Of a DNA stretch of 64,000 nt, positions 1 to 12,656 are shown piece after piece (within the stretch, counting starts at the first letter, position 1; every line of letters begins with the position of its first letter). Below the pieces are notes generated by a model. It saw nothing but the letters and a program-made list of their open reading frames with translations. It was not told the origin of the DNA and searched no databases. Both the position numbers and the translations under genes were made by a program. This DNA comes from Verrucomicrobiota bacterium (GTDB taxonomy: Bacteria; Verrucomicrobiota; Verrucomicrobiia; Opitutales; Coraliomargaritaceae): NCBI GenBank assembly GCA_039815375.1, contig JBCBZJ010000001.1:128001-192000 (forward strand), read 5' to 3'.

Positions 1-339
1 AATAAACTGCATTTGCCAGAGCGCGCCGCTCGGGTCGTCCTTCTTCGGAAAACCGGTCGGGGTGTAGGTCTTCAGCTTTCCGGTGAAGCTACCATCTCTG
101 AAGCGGTAGGTTGTCTCGACTTCGTTCTTCGCGTTCAGGTAGTAGTGCTCGACTGCATTGTGTGCAGCCTTGTCGACGAGAATAGGAGTATATCCGTGGA
201 CAAACCACGCACCCATGAAATCTTGAATCTTCACCTTTTCGGGAGTTGGCAATGGAGTCCGCGAAGAGGCGCACCCAATCAGCAAGATGAGTGAGATCAG
301 TATTGGTGTGAATATTAAAAATCTTAACTTGGTAGCCAC
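1..339 (-). CDS. Lipocalin-family (Blc-like) lipoprotein, 3' end truncated by the window edge
   Basis: Not in the ORF track; translated by hand from GTG at 339: [52 protein letters not shown]...[10 protein letters not shown]...LWQMQFI. Lipobox LIGC and lipocalin GxW motif (FMGAWF). Confidence 0.8.
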   Translation of the reverse strand, partial: MATKLRFLIFTPILISLILLIGCASSRTPLPTPEKVKIQDFMGAWFVHGYTPILVDKAAHNAVEHYYLNAKNEVETTYRFRDGSFTGKLKTYTPTGFPKKDDPSGALWQMQFI

Positions 340-395
340 ACTTTCTAATCGTATTCTTGATGGCGGACCTTACCAAAAGCCAGCCATAGACTTGA

Positions 396-2453
396 TTACC
401 CTTCTGCGATTAGTCCGTCGCGTCTGAGTAATGCATCCGGATCGGGGCCGCGGCCCATAAAGTCTTTGTAGAGTTTTGCGGGGTCCTCGGAGTTTCCCTT
501 GGCGAGAATCTTGTTGCGGAAATCGCGGCCCGTCTCGGGGTTGAGGATACCTTCCTTCTGGAAACGGGTGAAGGCATCGGCATCGAGCACTTCGGCCCAT
601 TTGTAGCTGTAATAACCGGAAGCGTAGCCTGTCGGGCTGCTGAAAAGGTGGCTGAAATTGAAGACGTTGGACTTGGGCTGGGTTTTGTATTCGGCGGCGT
701 AGCCCTGCAGCACGTTCTCGATGAATTGGTCGAGGTCTTCCCGGGCGGAGAGCGGCCAGTTGATATGCAGTTCGAGGTCCATCTTACCAAAGCTGAGCTG
801 ACGGACATTGGCACTTGCTTTCATGTAGTTGCGCGCGGCCAGCATTTTCCCGAAGAGCGCTTCCGGGATGGCTTCGCCTGTTTCGTAGTGTCGGGCGAAG
901 CGGTCCAGGCTTATGCGATCCCAGCACCAGTTCTCCATGATTTGAGAAGGGAGCTCGACGAAGTCCCAGGGGACATTGACGCCGTTGAGCGACTTCACCT
1001 CGACCTCTCCGCAGAGGTGGTGGAGGAGGTGGCCGAATTCGTGAAAGATGGTCTCGACTTCACGATGGGTTAGGAGCGCGGGTTTGTCGCCGACCGAAGG
1101 AGTCAGGTTGCCGCAGATGAGGCCGAGGTGAGGGGTGCGTTTCTTATCGCGCTCGCCAGTGATGAGATAATTCATCCAGGCACCACCGCGCTTGGATTCG
1201 CGCGGATGCCAGTCGGCGTAGAAGGCACCGAGGAGTTCGTTTGTATCTGCATCGAACAGATCGTAGAATCTGACCTCTTTGTGCCAGACCTGGGCCTCCT
1301 TGCTTTCTTCGATGCGCAGGCCGAGGAGTTCCTGTGCGATCTCAAACATTCCGTCGATGACGCGGTTGATCGGGAAATAGGGGCGGAGCGCCTCTTCATC
1401 GAAGTCGTAGTTGGCCTTTCGCTGTTTCTCGGCCCAGTAACCGACTTCCCAGGGCTCCAGCAGTGGCGCGTCGACAGACTGCGAGGAGGCAGTCCCTCTG
1501 ACATTTTTAAATTGGCGGAGCTGCTCTGCTTCCGCTTCAAACTGCTCGCGAACTTTTTCGAAGATCGTCTCTCCGAACTGCAGGGCGGCATTTCCTGAAG
1601 CCGCCATGCGGCGCTCGGTGACATGATCGGCGAAGTTCTCCTGTCCGACGAGCTGGGCAAATTCATGGCGCAGGTCGAGGATTTCCCGGACCAGAGCTTG
1701 GTTGTTGTGAGAGTCCCCGCGGCCGATGGCGGCATAGGCCTGCCAGACCTCTTTGCGCAGTGCATCGCTTTCGGCGTAGGTCATGACCGGGATGTAGGAG
1801 GGTGCCTGAAGGGTGAAGCGCCATGCGTTTTCATGGCCTTTGGCCTCCGCACTCTGTTTTGCTGCGGCTATTGCAGATTCGGGCAGTCCGGCCAGCTCGG
1901 ATTCGTTGATGATAATTTTCTCCCAGGCATTTACAGCATCAAGGCAGTTCTCCGAGTATTTCTGGGTGAGCTCGGCGAGACGGCTCTGCAGCTCTGCGGC
2001 GCGTTTCTTCTTTTCAGGCGCAAGGTCGGCACCCTGCTCGCGGAAGTCGGCAAGCGTCTCCTGCACGTAGCGCTGTTTTGTAGGAGAGAGCGTTTGAACG
2101 CTATCACTGGTGCCGAATACTTTAATCGTTTCCCATAGTTTGGCATTGAGTGGAATACTGGAGAAAAAGTCGGTCACTTCGGGAAGCATCTTGTTGTAAG
2201 CCTCCCGGAGCTCGGGGCTATTGCAGACCGAGTCGAGGTGACTGACGAGTCCCCAGGCGCGATTCAGCGGCTGAAGCGCCTGATCGAGTGCTTCAATCGT
2301 TTCTTCATAAGAACTCGCCCCGGCCTCTGGACGCGCGACTTTTTCGACGGCGCTCGAGGCATCAGCCAGTGCTTTACGGATATCGACTTCAATATGGTCG
2401 GGAGTTAATTCAGACCATTTGATATGAAACTCGTCTTTGAGGAATGGGTGCAT
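396..2453 (-). CDS. prlC: Oligopeptidase A (M3 family metallopeptidase)
   Basis: FHEFGHLLH zinc motif, WDFVELPSQIMENW, GYYSYKWAEVLDADAF, KRGGAWM. Start placed at ATG 2453 (MHPFL). Confidence 0.92.
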   Translation of the reverse strand: MHPFLKDEFHIKWSELTPDHIEVDIRKALADASSAVEKVARPEAGASSYEETIEALDQALQPLNRAWGLVSHLDSVCNSPELREAYNKMLPEVTDFFSSIPLNAKLWETIKVFGTSDSVQTLSPTKQRYVQETLADFREQGADLAPEKKKRAAELQSRLAELTQKYSENCLDAVNAWEKIIINESELAGLPESAIAAAKQSAEAKGHENAWRFTLQAPSYIPVMTYAESDALRKEVWQAYAAIGRGDSHNNQALVREILDLRHEFAQLVGQENFADHVTERRMAASGNAALQFGETIFEKVREQFEAEAEQLRQFKNVRGTASSQSVDAPLLEPWEVGYWAEKQRKANYDFDEEALRPYFPINRVIDGMFEIAQELLGLRIEESKEAQVWHKEVRFYDLFDADTNELLGAFYADWHPRESKRGGAWMNYLITGERDKKRTPHLGLICGNLTPSVGDKPALLTHREVETIFHEFGHLLHHLCGEVEVKSLNGVNVPWDFVELPSQIMENWCWDRISLDRFARHYETGEAIPEALFGKMLAARNYMKASANVRQLSFGKMDLELHINWPLSAREDLDQFIENVLQGYAAEYKTQPKSNVFNFSHLFSSPTGYASGYYSYKWAEVLDADAFTRFQKEGILNPETGRDFRNKILAKGNSEDPAKLYKDFMGRGPDPDALLRRDGLIAEG

Positions 2454-2532
2454 GCGACGGAACGTTGAACATTGAATTATGAAGGTCAAAGCATTGCATT
2501 GCTTTGATTGAGAGTAAGCTCATTTTACCGCT

Positions 2533-3279
2533 ATGGCGCGTTACCGTTCCTTTATTTTACCTGAAGCGACTGTCGGAGAAAAGACAGTGACGCTTGATTC
2601 ACGCGAGAGCCACCATCTGGTGAAGGTCTTACGTGCCCGTATCGGCGAATCTGTCGAACTTTTGGATGGTCGAGGTTCTCGTTTTTACGGGACAATCTCC
2701 GAAGCGAATGCCAAGTCGGTTCAGGTCTCAGTCGAAAATTCTGAGACAGTTCTGTTGCCGAAGCCGAAGGTGACTTTAGTTCAATCCATTTCAAAGGGGA
2801 AGGCGATGGACCTCATCCTAAGAATCGCCACGGAAATCGGCGCCAGCGTAATCCAGCCGGTTTTCACGCATCATGGAGAAGTGCAAATCAAAGGCGAACG
2901 CTTGGCTTCCAAGGTGGAGAAGTGGAATCTAACGATGATCGAATCCTGTAAGCAGTGCGGCCTGCCTTATCTGCCAGAGCTTGGGGAACCAGCCACTTTG
3001 AGCCGATGGTTGGAGCGTAAGCCCATTACAGAAAAAGAACTTTGCCTTGTCGGGAGTCTGGAAGCGGGCACCCGTCCTTTGCTTGAAGTGCTCGGGGAGC
3101 ATATCGGAGTAGAGGAAGTCTTTGTTGCAATCGGCCCGGAGGGCGATTTTTCCCCGGAGGAATATGCGGCTTTGCGTAAGGCAGGATTCACGGGGGTTCG
3201 CCTCGGTGTAAATGTGCTTCGTGCCGAGACTGCTTCCGCTTATATTCTAAGCGTCATAGATCAGTGTCTGAGGGCTTAG
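2533..3279 (+). CDS. rsmE: 16S rRNA m3U1498 methyltransferase
   Basis: [23 protein letters not shown] and [16 protein letters not shown] motifs. Confidence 0.93.
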   Translation: MARYRSFILPEATVGEKTVTLDSRESHHLVKVLRARIGESVELLDGRGSRFYGTISEANAKSVQVSVENSETVLLPKPKVTLVQSISKGKAMDLILRIATEIGASVIQPVFTHHGEVQIKGERLASKVEKWNLTMIESCKQCGLPYLPELGEPATLSRWLERKPITEKELCLVGSLEAGTRPLLEVLGEHIGVEEVFVAIGPEGDFSPEEYAALRKAGFTGVRLGVNVLRAETASAYILSVIDQCLRA

Positions 3280-4487
3280 CCCAGTCCGAAGCCGAGTATG
3301 GTAATATCGTCCTGCTGGTCAGGTGACTCCGTGTGTTTCTCAACCGCATCGTAAACTGATTGGAGCGTTTCCTGAACCGTCAGTTCGGACTGTTTTGCAA
3401 AAAGCTCCATGAGTCGCTCCATTCCGAATTCTTCGCCATCCGGATCGGATGCTTCGACAATACCATCAGTAAAGGCGTAGAAGCGGTCGCCGATTTTGAG
3501 TTCGATTGCCTTTGCCTTTGAAGCTGCGCTGCCCGGTATGCCCATGACCATTCCGGAGGGGAGTTCGATGAGTTCGCATTTTTTTTCGGTATTCCGGTAA
3601 ACAAGGACTTGCCGATGCCCGGAGTGAGAGAGGATCAGTTTGCGACTTCCATCTTTCTGACGTGCACCGAAGTGCCCGGCGAGCCCTGTCACAAAACCTC
3701 CTCGCATTCGGCCGGTTACCTCATGGTTTACCGAATTCAGGAAATCCTGCGGGTTTCCGTTGTAAACTTCTGCGCTATGCGCGGTCAGATACTTGATGAG
3801 GACTGTGTAGAATGCAGCCGATACGCCATGACCGCAGACATCGCCAAGGAAGAAAAGAAGGCAGTTGCTGGGGTTGCGCGGGAAGTTGATGATGTCGCCG
3901 CCGACCGAGGTCATTGGCTCCCAGATATGGGCGATGTCAACATGGTTCACATGAGGGACCCGGCCTGGGATCATGACTGCCTGAACCTTGTGTGCACTTT
4001 CGTAGTCGGCGCGCAGCACTTCGTTTTGCTCGCGCAGGCGCTGCTCACTTTCAGCGAGTTTAAGTTGCGTAATTTTTTCGGCAGTTACGTCACGTGAGAT
4101 GCCAATGATACCCGCAAGCTTGCCCGAGCTGAGGTAAAGTGGCGCTTTGGTTGAAGAGACCCAAGTGTCATCGCCATCGACCCAGGTTTCTCTTTCAACC
4201 TTGCTAATCGGTTTTTCGGTTCGAAGAATTTCCTGCTCGTCGTCGTAAGCCTGTTGGGCATGCTCCTTGGAGAAGAGGTCAAAATCGGTCATGCCTTCAA
4301 GTTGATGGCTATTTTTATATCCGTGTAAGTTGGCCAGTGCCTGACTGACGGCGACAAAGCGACTTTTTTTGTCCTTGATGTAGATGCGGTCGGGCGTCTG
4401 TTCCATCAGACTTTCGAACAGGCGTTTTGCAGAAGCGCGCAACAGCATGGAGTTGCCGTCTGGTTCGATCTTTGCCGATGTCTTCAT
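3276..4487 (-). CDS. PAS-domain SpoIIE/PP2C-family serine phosphatase
   Basis: N-terminal PAS (IYIKD...GMTDFDLF...[10 protein letters not shown]) plus PP2C motifs VGGD, GDVCGHG, FTDGIVE, QDDITIL. Confidence 0.88.
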   Translation of the reverse strand: MKTSAKIEPDGNSMLLRASAKRLFESLMEQTPDRIYIKDKKSRFVAVSQALANLHGYKNSHQLEGMTDFDLFSKEHAQQAYDDEQEILRTEKPISKVERETWVDGDDTWVSSTKAPLYLSSGKLAGIIGISRDVTAEKITQLKLAESEQRLREQNEVLRADYESAHKVQAVMIPGRVPHVNHVDIAHIWEPMTSVGGDIINFPRNPSNCLLFFLGDVCGHGVSAAFYTVLIKYLTAHSAEVYNGNPQDFLNSVNHEVTGRMRGGFVTGLAGHFGARQKDGSRKLILSHSGHRQVLVYRNTEKKCELIELPSGMVMGIPGSAASKAKAIELKIGDRFYAFTDGIVEASDPDGEEFGMERLMELFAKQSELTVQETLQSVYDAVEKHTESPDQQDDITILGFGLG

Positions 4488-4552
4488 TCTAAACTAATCT
4501 ATTCTATCGGATGCGCTTGGCAATACTAGGTAGGTTAGTTTTTGTAATTTGC

Positions 4553-5008
4553 ATGCGATTGGTCTTACAGCGCGTTTCCCATGCTTCGGTTCGTGTAGAA
4601 GATGAGGTGATCGGTTCAATTGGGAGGGGTTTCCTCTTGTTTCTTGGAGTTGGGCAAGAGGATGTTGAATCCGATGCTGACTGGCTGGTGACACGTGCTG
4701 TAAAGCTTCGGGTTTTCGAATCGGAGCCGGGTCGTATGGACCTCGCCTTACCTGATGTTGATGGCGAGGTTTTGGTTGTCAGTCAGTTTACGCTTTATGG
4801 CAGTCTTAAGAAGGGCAACCGTCCATCATTCAATCGTGCCGCACCGCCCGGCACCGCAATCCCGCTCTATGAATACTTCGTTGGGCGATTGCGCGAAGCG
4901 CTTGGTAAGCCTGTGCCAACAGGCCGCTTCGGAGCGGATATGCAGATCGAAGTGCACAACGATGGCCCGGTCACACTGGTGGTCGATTCGAGGCAGCGGG
5001 ATTTTTAA
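4553..5008 (+). CDS. dtd: D-aminoacyl-tRNA deacylase
   Basis: MRLVLQRV start, SQFTL, GNRPSF, NDGPVT motifs. Confidence 0.95.
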   Translation: MRLVLQRVSHASVRVEDEVIGSIGRGFLLFLGVGQEDVESDADWLVTRAVKLRVFESEPGRMDLALPDVDGEVLVVSQFTLYGSLKKGNRPSFNRAAPPGTAIPLYEYFVGRLREALGKPVPTGRFGADMQIEVHNDGPVTLVVDSRQRDF

Positions 5009-6477
5009 GAGAAGCGTTTCCAGACGGAGGGAGCAAAGAGCACCAGCACCGCGTAGAGTTCAAGACGGCCAAGTATCATCAAGAGGCTCAGAAAACTTTT
5101 CGTTATGGGCCGAAGGAAGTGAAAATTTTCCATTGGGCCAACTGCCTCGAAGCCCGGTCCGATATTGAAAAGCGTCGCCTGGACAGAGGAGAAAACGCCA
5201 AGGAAGCTAAGCTCCGGCTCCATGGCTGAAACGAAGAGCATGGAGAGGATTTGCAGTGTCGCCATCAACATCAGGAAGAGGATGACGTTATGAATAGCGC
5301 GTTCGCTGAGGTGTTGCCCGCCCATCCGCATAGTGATGGTGACGTTTGGCCTGAACGCATGGGTAATGCTCCGCAATGCGGCCCTTAGGGCGACTGCGAT
5401 ACGAACGACTTTAACGCCACCTCCGGTTGAACCTGAGCAGCCGCCGATAAACATTAGGATCATCAGCAACATCTTGGCAGGTGGTAGCCAACTGTCGAAG
5501 TCGGCTGAGGCGTAGCCAGTTGTCGTCAGGATAGAAGTCGCCTGGAAGGCGGCCGTGCGGATACTGTCGTGGGTCGGGAGCAGGCCGGTTAACTCAACCA
5601 GATAGAGCGTCAACAACGCTGTGCTCGCGGCCAATATACCGTAGAACCAATAGACTTCGTGATTTTGCCTCAGGATGTGGTGCTGCCCTTTGAGCAGTCG
5701 TATGACGTAGACAAAGGTCGTTGCGCTCAAGGCCATGAAGACGATTGCGATCCACTCGATAGCAGGGCTGTTGAATTCGGCGATGCTATCTGCTTCCGTG
5801 CTGAACCCGCCCGTTGCAATTGTCGTCATGCTATGGTTGATGGCCTGAAACCAAGTCATGCCGGCAAATTTATATGCCAGCATGCAAAGCAGTGAAATCG
5901 CGAGATAGTAAACCATCAGGACGAAAGCACCGTGCTGGATACGCCCCTGTTCAAAGTCAGCAGAGGTTCCGGACGACTCGTTGGTGAACAGAATCTTCGC
6001 GCCGGCGCCAAGCGAGCTGAGGATCGCGACGAACAAGACGACCACACCAAGGCCGCCCACCCACTGGCTGAGTGAGCGCCAGAAGAGAAGGCTCGAAGGA
6101 AACTCGTAGAAATTCCAAAAGGCAGTGGCGCCGGTAGTCGTCAGGCCGGAGGCACTCTCGAAGAGAGCATCGGATAGGTCGCAATCCTCGACCGTGAGTG
6201 CATACGGAATTGCACCGACAAGGGTGGCCAGTATCCAGGACAGGCCGATTGCGCAGAGCGCCTCGCGACGGAAAAGCTTCATCGCTCCGTTCCGACCCAT
6301 GGCGTAGAAAATGCCGGAAAGAAGAAGGGAGACGAGTATTGCGGCGCCGAAGGCCTGAATCGATGGGTCTTCTAAAGTCTCGCCCATGATCAGGCCCGCT
6401 GTGATACAGGAACCGAACGCAACGCTGAGTGCCAGCAACACCATGCTGAGCATCTTGTAAATGATCGCAGTGTTCAC
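5005..6477 (-). CDS. trkH: Trk potassium uptake membrane subunit
   Basis: Selectivity-filter repeats [37 protein letters not shown]. Confidence 0.93.
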   Translation of the reverse strand: MNTAIIYKMLSMVLLALSVAFGSCITAGLIMGETLEDPSIQAFGAAILVSLLLSGIFYAMGRNGAMKLFRREALCAIGLSWILATLVGAIPYALTVEDCDLSDALFESASGLTTTGATAFWNFYEFPSSLLFWRSLSQWVGGLGVVVLFVAILSSLGAGAKILFTNESSGTSADFEQGRIQHGAFVLMVYYLAISLLCMLAYKFAGMTWFQAINHSMTTIATGGFSTEADSIAEFNSPAIEWIAIVFMALSATTFVYVIRLLKGQHHILRQNHEVYWFYGILAASTALLTLYLVELTGLLPTHDSIRTAAFQATSILTTTGYASADFDSWLPPAKMLLMILMFIGGCSGSTGGGVKVVRIAVALRAALRSITHAFRPNVTITMRMGGQHLSERAIHNVILFLMLMATLQILSMLFVSAMEPELSFLGVFSSVQATLFNIGPGFEAVGPMENFHFLRPITKSFLSLLMILGRLELYAVLVLFAPSVWKRFS

Positions 6478-6479
6478 AG

Positions 6480-7826
6480 CTAAACGAGAGCCTTTGTGAG
6501 AGCCTTCTCCTGATCGCCGGCGACGATCACTACGATGCGGTCGCCTGCAAGTATGGTGTCTTCTGCGCCAGGCACCTTGGCTTTGAACTTATGGAGTAGT
6601 GCAACCATAAGGCAGCCCGGAGGAAGTTGGATGTCTTTAATCGCACGACCAACGACCGGACTGGAATGACTAATGCGCACTTCCAGCACACGGCTGCCGT
6701 CCGGCATTTCGGCAAGCATTGCGAGGGACTCGCTGGACAGGTTGCGCAGCATGAAGTCCGCTGTGGCACTACGTGGCGATACGGCTACCTCAATGTCCAG
6801 GCGGGATTTCAGCATGCCCAGGAGATCGTCATAATCTCCTTTGTTTATGACAAGCTGGACGTGCTCTGCGCCCAGTTTGGAAGCTTGTATACAGGTTAGA
6901 ATGTTTTCCTCATCGTCCTTTGTGCAGGCGACGAAGTAATCTGCGCTGCCGACCTGTTCCTCTTCCATCAGGCGTATGGAAGTGGCATCGCCGTTGATCA
7001 CAGTAATGTGCGGGAAACGCTCGGCGAGACGTCGGCATTGCCCCTGGTCTTTTTCGATGACGCGGATTTTAAAGCGCGGGTTCTTCAGAAGTTGTATGAG
7101 GTTAATTGCGGTCTCGCTACCTCCAAAGAGAACCACGCGGGAGAGCTCGATTTTCTGGTTGGGGTCGAACTTGTCCCGCATTGCGAAAAGCACTTCCGGA
7201 TGTCCGAAGAGGGTGACGGTATCGCCTTCCTTGAGCTCGGTGTTGGCATTGGCGATCTCGGTGGTTTCTCCGCTTTGAACATAACCGATTCGGACCTGTG
7301 GATCGAGGCGGAGCTCTCGAAGTTGTTTGCCGATCATGCGCGAGCCATGAGCGACCTTCTGGCGCTGCACCTCGATTTGGCCGCGCGCAAAGTGTTCCAC
7401 TTCGACACGACCGGCACTGCGGATTTCCTTGGCTAGCTCGACGGCACAAATCGCCTCCGGGTTTACCAACAGGTCGATGCCGAAGTGCAGCTGGTAGTTG
7501 ATTATCGAGTTGTCGCTGTAGGTCTCGTCGTGGATACGTGCGATGGTGTTCTTTGCCCCAAGACCTTTCGCGAGGGAGCAGGAGATAATATTCGTCCGGT
7601 CGTCGCTGGTCATGGCGAGGAAGGCATCGCACTTGGCTACGCCGACTTCGACAAGCTGGCGCGCAGAGCTGCCGTTGCCCGTGACGATACGTGCGTTCTG
7701 CTCCTCCTCGAGGCGTTCACAGTGGAGTTCCGAGCGCTCGATAAGAGTGACGTCATGCCCGGAGGCTGCCAACACGGTGCTAAGGTTGCTGCCGACCTCG
7801 CCGGCACCTACAATGATGATCTTCAT
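6480..7826 (-). CDS. trkA: Trk potassium uptake regulatory subunit
   Basis: [12 protein letters not shown]ossmann fold, two RCK_N/RCK_C repeats, directly upstream of trkH. Confidence 0.93.
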   Translation of the reverse strand: MKIIIVGAGEVGSNLSTVLAASGHDVTLIERSELHCERLEEEQNARIVTGNGSSARQLVEVGVAKCDAFLAMTSDDRTNIISCSLAKGLGAKNTIARIHDETYSDNSIINYQLHFGIDLLVNPEAICAVELAKEIRSAGRVEVEHFARGQIEVQRQKVAHGSRMIGKQLRELRLDPQVRIGYVQSGETTEIANANTELKEGDTVTLFGHPEVLFAMRDKFDPNQKIELSRVVLFGGSETAINLIQLLKNPRFKIRVIEKDQGQCRRLAERFPHITVINGDATSIRLMEEEQVGSADYFVACTKDDEENILTCIQASKLGAEHVQLVINKGDYDDLLGMLKSRLDIEVAVSPRSATADFMLRNLSSESLAMLAEMPDGSRVLEVRISHSSPVVGRAIKDIQLPPGCLMVALLHKFKAKVPGAEDTILAGDRIVVIVAGDQEKALTKALV

Positions 7827-7882
7827 AACTGAAGGCCCTCATAGTGACAGGCCGTGCGTGTATTTCCAGAAGTTTCTGGGGT

Positions 7883-8806
7883 CTATAAAAGGGCTATTTC
7901 GACCCCGAATTCGGCCTTTTCGCCGGCACTCACCGCATGCAGGCCCTTGCCGTGCTCGGGGCTGTTCGGAGGCCCCATCCACGGCTCCACGCAATAAAAG
8001 GGGCTGTCCGGCTTTTCGGTCCAGACGACAAAGGCATTCCACTGCGAGTAGGTGTCGGAGTCTTTCAGTAGGCGAATAGCGATGTCCTCTTCTCCACTCT
8101 TTGGGCCAAAAACGACCTGATTTTCCTTCAGTTTCGTGAAGATACGGTCGCTGAGTTCCGGATTGCCGAATTGTTCTTCGTTCTCGAATGGTTTGACCTC
8201 TTCGAGCGAGCCGTCAGGCGCATGGGTGAAGCATTTTTTTGCAGGCAGCTTGATGCGGTAGTCTTTGCGTTCAAGGCCCTCATGCCAGGGCAGGGTGAAG
8301 TAGAAGTGGTGGCCCGCGGACCAGAGGATCGGTTTCTTGCCCAGATTCTCAAGTGCGAGAAAGACTTTGAATGAGAGCGCTTCAAACTCGTAACGGACGG
8401 TAAACCTATAATCGAAAGGGTAGGCTTCGTGGGCAGCATCGTCGGGCTTGAGTTCCGCGATAAAGCCCCGGTCGTCCGCGTTAATGATTTCAAATGTCCC
8501 GTTTCGAGTGAAGCCATGCTGTGGCATGGGCCGGACGACGCCATGCTGGTCTTTCCACTCTCCGAGCTTTCCAGCATTATATGTCCGCGCCGAAAAGGGG
8601 AACAGGATCGGGTTGCCACCACGGACTTTTGCGAAGTTCTCGAAGTCGGCCTGCTCGGGCCAGTGAATGATATCGCGGACGGTGTCGTTGGCCATGCGCA
8701 GGTTCCAATTCATCAGCCGCGCACCCAGTTCCGGGCGCGCAAGATAGGTCGAAGGTCCGCAATTCCAGCGATGTAGTTTCAAGCCGTCGTAGTCTACGAT
8801 TTCCAT
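7883..8806 (-). CDS. Aldose 1-epimerase / galactose mutarotase-like protein
   Basis: [26 protein letters not shown] motifs. Start moved to ATG 8806 to avoid overlap with the divergent nfeD. Confidence 0.85.
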   Translation of the reverse strand: MEIVDYDGLKLHRWNCGPSTYLARPELGARLMNWNLRMANDTVRDIIHWPEQADFENFAKVRGGNPILFPFSARTYNAGKLGEWKDQHGVVRPMPQHGFTRNGTFEIINADDRGFIAELKPDDAAHEAYPFDYRFTVRYEFEALSFKVFLALENLGKKPILWSAGHHFYFTLPWHEGLERKDYRIKLPAKKCFTHAPDGSLEEVKPFENEEQFGNPELSDRIFTKLKENQVVFGPKSGEEDIAIRLLKDSDTYSQWNAFVVWTEKPDSPFYCVEPWMGPPNSPEHGKGLHAVSAGEKAEFGVEIALL

Positions 8807-8900
8807 AATTGTTTTATAGTCTGCAGAAGAGTTTTCGATAAAGCACGAATTTCTCTCAGGATGCTTGCTTTTAACTGAGCCCCTTTCATCCTTGTAAGAT

Positions 8901-10373
8901 ATGCCGCTTCGCCGGATTTGCCTTTCACTTGCCGCGTTGTTTGCGGCCGTCTCGTCCAGCCTGATTGCCGAGGAGGTTGAGCCTATGCCTGAATCAGAGG
9001 TTTTGCCCGAGATTTCGGTAGATTTGGCTCCTGAGTTTCCTGCAGACAATGAACTGCCTTCGGTTTATGTGATCCCCATCATGGACGCAATCAATCAAGC
9101 CAATTTGTTCATACTTCGCCGTGGATTAAAGGAGGCGATCGAGAACAATGTCGAAGTTGTCGTTCTTGAAATGGATACGCCCGGAGGTGGGCTCCTCATC
9201 ACTTTAGAGATGATGGAGATGCTGGATCGTTTCGAGGGCACAACCATCACTTTCGTTAACGAGGATGCCATTTCGGCGGGCTCGCTCATTGCGGTGTCGA
9301 CAGATGCGATTTATATGGCACCGAGAGGCAAGATCGGTGCGACTGGTATCATTATGGCTGGTGGGCAGGATGTGCCGGAAACCGCTCTCATGAAGATGGA
9401 GAGCTATGTGAATGCCACGGTGCGATCGCTGAACGAAGACGCGCCCTGGCGGGCGGATGTCTTCAAAGCGATGATGGAATCGGACTTTCAGGCAGAAGTT
9501 GAAGGCGAGTTGATTGGTGAAGAGGATGGCTTCCTGACCCTCACGGCAACCGAAGCAGTGCGTGAGGTCGGTGAGCCCCCCCGTCCACTATTTGCAGAAG
9601 GCATTTACGAATCGGTGGAGAAGCTACTGGACGCGCGTTTCGGGGAAGGTGAATACCAGATCAAGTCCTTCGAGGTGACTTATTCCGAGAAGATTGCGAA
9701 GTGGATGAGTGGCTTTGCACCAGCTTTACTCGGCCTCGGTTTGCTCCTTCTTTTCTTCGAGTTCAAGACGCCCGGTTTTGGTATTTTCGGTATTGGTGGG
9801 ATTGTGCTGATTGCGGTTTTCTTCATCAGCCAGCATATCGCCGGCCTTGCAGGAAATGAAGTCTTTCTCTTCTTTGCTCTTGGGATTCTTCTTGTCCTGG
9901 TCGAATTGTTTTTCTTTCCGGGCACGCTGGTCTTTGCACTCACCGGCATTGGTCTGATACTTGGCTCCCTGCTCTATGCGATGATTGATATTTGGCCGGG
10001 TGAGCCGATCCAGTTTTCACCGGAGCTGCTCGCGGAGCCAGTTGTCAATCTGGTCTTCGGATTGTCTATCGCCGTATTTGGAGCCTTCCTTTTCGGCCGT
10101 TTCTTAAAAGGTTCTTTTTTTGAAAGAATGCTTGTCCTCGAGAAAGCCGTCGGTGGCAGCAGCGAGGCAATTCGTGCAGAGCGTGAGTCAAATCTGCCTG
10201 AGCCAGGCGTTGAGGGCATAGCGGTGACAGATCTTTTTCCCAGTGGCCGTGTGGAAATTAATGGCCAGCGTTATGAAGCACGCAGTGCACTCGCTTCGAT
10301 TGAGCACGGCGCACGTATTCGAGTTAAAAAGAGCAGCGACTTCGGACTCGTTGTTGAGAAAATAAACGCATGA
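8901..10373 (+). CDS. nfeD: NfeD-family membrane-bound serine protease (long form)
   Basis: Signal peptide, ClpP-like MDTPGG and [10 protein letters not shown] region with PGFGIFG, C-terminal OB fold ([13 protein letters not shown]). Confidence 0.88.
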   Translation: MPLRRICLSLAALFAAVSSSLIAEEVEPMPESEVLPEISVDLAPEFPADNELPSVYVIPIMDAINQANLFILRRGLKEAIENNVEVVVLEMDTPGGGLLITLEMMEMLDRFEGTTITFVNEDAISAGSLIAVSTDAIYMAPRGKIGATGIIMAGGQDVPETALMKMESYVNATVRSLNEDAPWRADVFKAMMESDFQAEVEGELIGEEDGFLTLTATEAVREVGEPPRPLFAEGIYESVEKLLDARFGEGEYQIKSFEVTYSEKIAKWMSGFAPALLGLGLLLLFFEFKTPGFGIFGIGGIVLIAVFFISQHIAGLAGNEVFLFFALGILLVLVELFFFPGTLVFALTGIGLILGSLLYAMIDIWPGEPIQFSPELLAEPVVNLVFGLSIAVFGAFLFGRFLKGSFFERMLVLEKAVGGSSEAIRAERESNLPEPGVEGIAVTDLFPSGRVEINGQRYEARSALASIEHGARIRVKKSSDFGLVVEKINA

Positions 10374-10834
10374 TTACGATTGTAGCTTTGGTCTTCGCGG
10401 CACTGGTGTTGGTTTTCTTCGAAGTAGTCCTTCCCGGAGGGTTGCTCGGGATTCTTGCCTTGGTTTGTGTTCTTGCTGCGACATGGCTTGGCGCTGTCGA
10501 GTATGGGGCCTTTGGCGGAGCAAGTGTTTTCGTCGGGTCTGTTGTCGCTGTCGGCGTTCTGGTCTTTGTTGAATTCAAACTCCTCGCGAACTCCGCCCTT
10601 GGAAAGGGCTTCTTTCTCAAGTCAGAGGTAAGCGGGCACTCGAATCAGGCCCCTGCCGAAGAGAGTATTATCGGCAAAATGGGAACCAGCCTCACGCGAT
10701 TGAATCCAAGCGGAAAGGTTGCAATTGACGGCCAGAGCTATGAAGCTCACTCGCAGGATGGTTACATTGAATCCGGCCAGCCAGTAACCGTTGTTTCTCA
10801 GGATAATTTTAAACTCATCATCACAAAATCATGA
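10370..10834 (+). CDS. NfeD-family protein (short form, TM plus OB fold)
   Basis: EVVLPGG TM segment and [16 protein letters not shown] domain; overlaps both neighbours by 4 nt. Confidence 0.85.
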   Translation: MITIVALVFAALVLVFFEVVLPGGLLGILALVCVLAATWLGAVEYGAFGGASVFVGSVVAVGVLVFVEFKLLANSALGKGFFLKSEVSGHSNQAPAEESIIGKMGTSLTRLNPSGKVAIDGQSYEAHSQDGYIESGQPVTVVSQDNFKLIITKS

Positions 10835-11862
10835 TCTCTATTACACTCCCACTAGCCCTTGCGGGATGGCAACTTGGTGCCGCGGCAATTCTTGGCCTCA
10901 TCCTGTTAATCGTCGGCTTTATTATTGTTTCTTTCTTCAGCCTTTGGCTGCGTGCCTTGCTGGCCGGTGCGCCGGTTGGATTTCCGACACTTGTCGCCAT
11001 GCGTCTTCGCGGTGTTCCTGCATCTGTGATTGTGGATGCACGCATCACTGCAGTGAAAGCTGGCATACAGCTTGTTACGGACGACCTCGAGGCGCACTAT
11101 CTTGCTGAAGGTAACGTCATTCAAACGGTTCAGGCATTGATTGCGGCGGACAAAGCCAACATTGAGCTCGACTGGCAGCGTGCCTGCGCGATCGACCTCG
11201 CGACCAAAGGCACGGGAAAGTCCGTGCTCGAAGCGGTTCGTACTTCAATCAACCCAAAGGTAATTGAGTGTCCGGCCGGTGGTAGCGGACGCACCACGAT
11301 CGATGGTGTCGCTAAAGATGGTATCCAAGTCAAGGCGCGTGCTCGTGTTACGGTGCGCTCGAATCTGGACAACTACGTTGGCAGTGCGCTTGAAGAAACC
11401 ATTATTGCACGTGTGGGTGAAGGTATTGTGACCACCATCGGTTCGGCGGACTCTTACAAGACCGTTCTTGAATCGCCTGACACCATTTCCAAGGTTGTGC
11501 TTGAGCGTGGCCTTGATGTGGGCACTGCATTTGAGATCCTTTCTATTGATATCGCCGATGTCGATGTCGGCCAGAATATCGGTGCTCAGCTTCAGGAATC
11601 TCAGGCTGAAGCCGACAAGAACGTCGCTCAGGCCAAGGCTGAAATGCGCCGTGCTGCGGCGGTCGCTCTTGAGCAGGAGATGAAGGCCAAGGTCGAAGAA
11701 ATGAGTGCGAAGGTTGTCGAGGCAGAGGCTCAAGTTCCCCTTGCCTTGGCAGAAGCTTTTCGCACTGGAAACCTTGGTGTGATGGATTACTACCGCCTGA
11801 ATAATATTAAGGCGGACACCGATATGCGTGACTCCATCTCTAAAGGTGACGAGAAGAAATAA
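10831..11862 (+). CDS. floA: Flotillin-like protein FloA/YqfA
   Basis: [55 protein letters not shown]. Confidence 0.92.
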   Translation: MISITLPLALAGWQLGAAAILGLILLIVGFIIVSFFSLWLRALLAGAPVGFPTLVAMRLRGVPASVIVDARITAVKAGIQLVTDDLEAHYLAEGNVIQTVQALIAADKANIELDWQRACAIDLATKGTGKSVLEAVRTSINPKVIECPAGGSGRTTIDGVAKDGIQVKARARVTVRSNLDNYVGSALEETIIARVGEGIVTTIGSADSYKTVLESPDTISKVVLERGLDVGTAFEILSIDIADVDVGQNIGAQLQESQAEADKNVAQAKAEMRRAAAVALEQEMKAKVEEMSAKVVEAEAQVPLALAEAFRTGNLGVMDYYRLNNIKADTDMRDSISKGDEKK

Positions 11863-11868
11863 GTTTTG

Positions 11869-12564
11869 ATGGATAACCTCCTCGAGATTCTTGTCCCGCT
11901 GATTTTTGCAGCGATCTACTTCTTTGGAAACATGTTTTCCGGGAAGTCGCAGGATGACGATGCGCCGTCGGGTACGCCCCGGCGGGGCAGGGCCAAGGAG
12001 GAAGACGCCGATGCGGTAGAGCGCCAACGTCGTATTCAGGAGGAGATTCGCCGCAAGATCATGGAGCGTCGCCGCGTTTCCGAACAGGGGGAACAGCCAC
12101 AACCGGTTCCGACCGGCCAGGAACTGCGCGAGCGTCGCCGTGAGATAGAAGTTCGCCGCGAGACGCGTGAAGTGCGGAAGGAAACTCGCGAGGTAGTTCA
12201 CGAAAGCCAGGAAGTGCCCCCCTTCGTTGTGCCGACCCATGAAGCGACAACCGAGCCGACGCCTCCTGCGTTCTCATGGGAACAGTCCGACAATGCTTAC
12301 GAAACGGCGATGCAGGAGCAGCTCAAGCGAATCGAGGCAACCAAGCGTCAAGCCGAGCAGCTCAAGCGTCAAGCGAATGCCTCTCATAAGCGCAGTGAAG
12401 CTTCCAAAACAACGCGTAGCTCTAAAACTGGCCGCTACTTCTCAGGTCCCGTTCGCGAGTCCCTGCAGGATCCTGCCGCTGCGCGCGCGGCGTTTATCTA
12501 TGCCGAAGTGCTTGGCCAACCCATCAGTATGCGCAAAGGCACAACGGTTCCGGGGCTCAATTAA
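11869..12564 (+). CDS. Hypothetical membrane-anchored coiled-coil protein (positional equivalent of YqfB)
   Basis: N-terminal TM helix, charged helical region, C-terminal AFIYAEVLGQP motif; follows floA. Confidence 0.65.
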   Translation: MDNLLEILVPLIFAAIYFFGNMFSGKSQDDDAPSGTPRRGRAKEEDADAVERQRRIQEEIRRKIMERRRVSEQGEQPQPVPTGQELRERRREIEVRRETREVRKETREVVHESQEVPPFVVPTHEATTEPTPPAFSWEQSDNAYETAMQEQLKRIEATKRQAEQLKRQANASHKRSEASKTTRSSKTGRYFSGPVRESLQDPAAARAAFIYAEVLGQPISMRKGTTVPGLN

Positions 12565-12656
12565 TAGATTTATTGGAATAAGAAGTTACCTTATTTCTTG
12601 CGGAACTTCTGTATAGTTTGTGCGATCAACTGAGCATGCGCGCAACACAACACGTC

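Noticed and set aside
89..376. 95-aa minus ORF and 13..294 plus ORF from the track
   Set aside because: The real gene is in another minus frame (339 to the window edge) and encodes a lipocalin lipoprotein.
8901..12564. nfeD-nfeD-floA-hypothetical operon as a novel system
   Set aside because: It matches the known yqeZ-yqfA(floA)-yqfB type of membrane microdomain operon.
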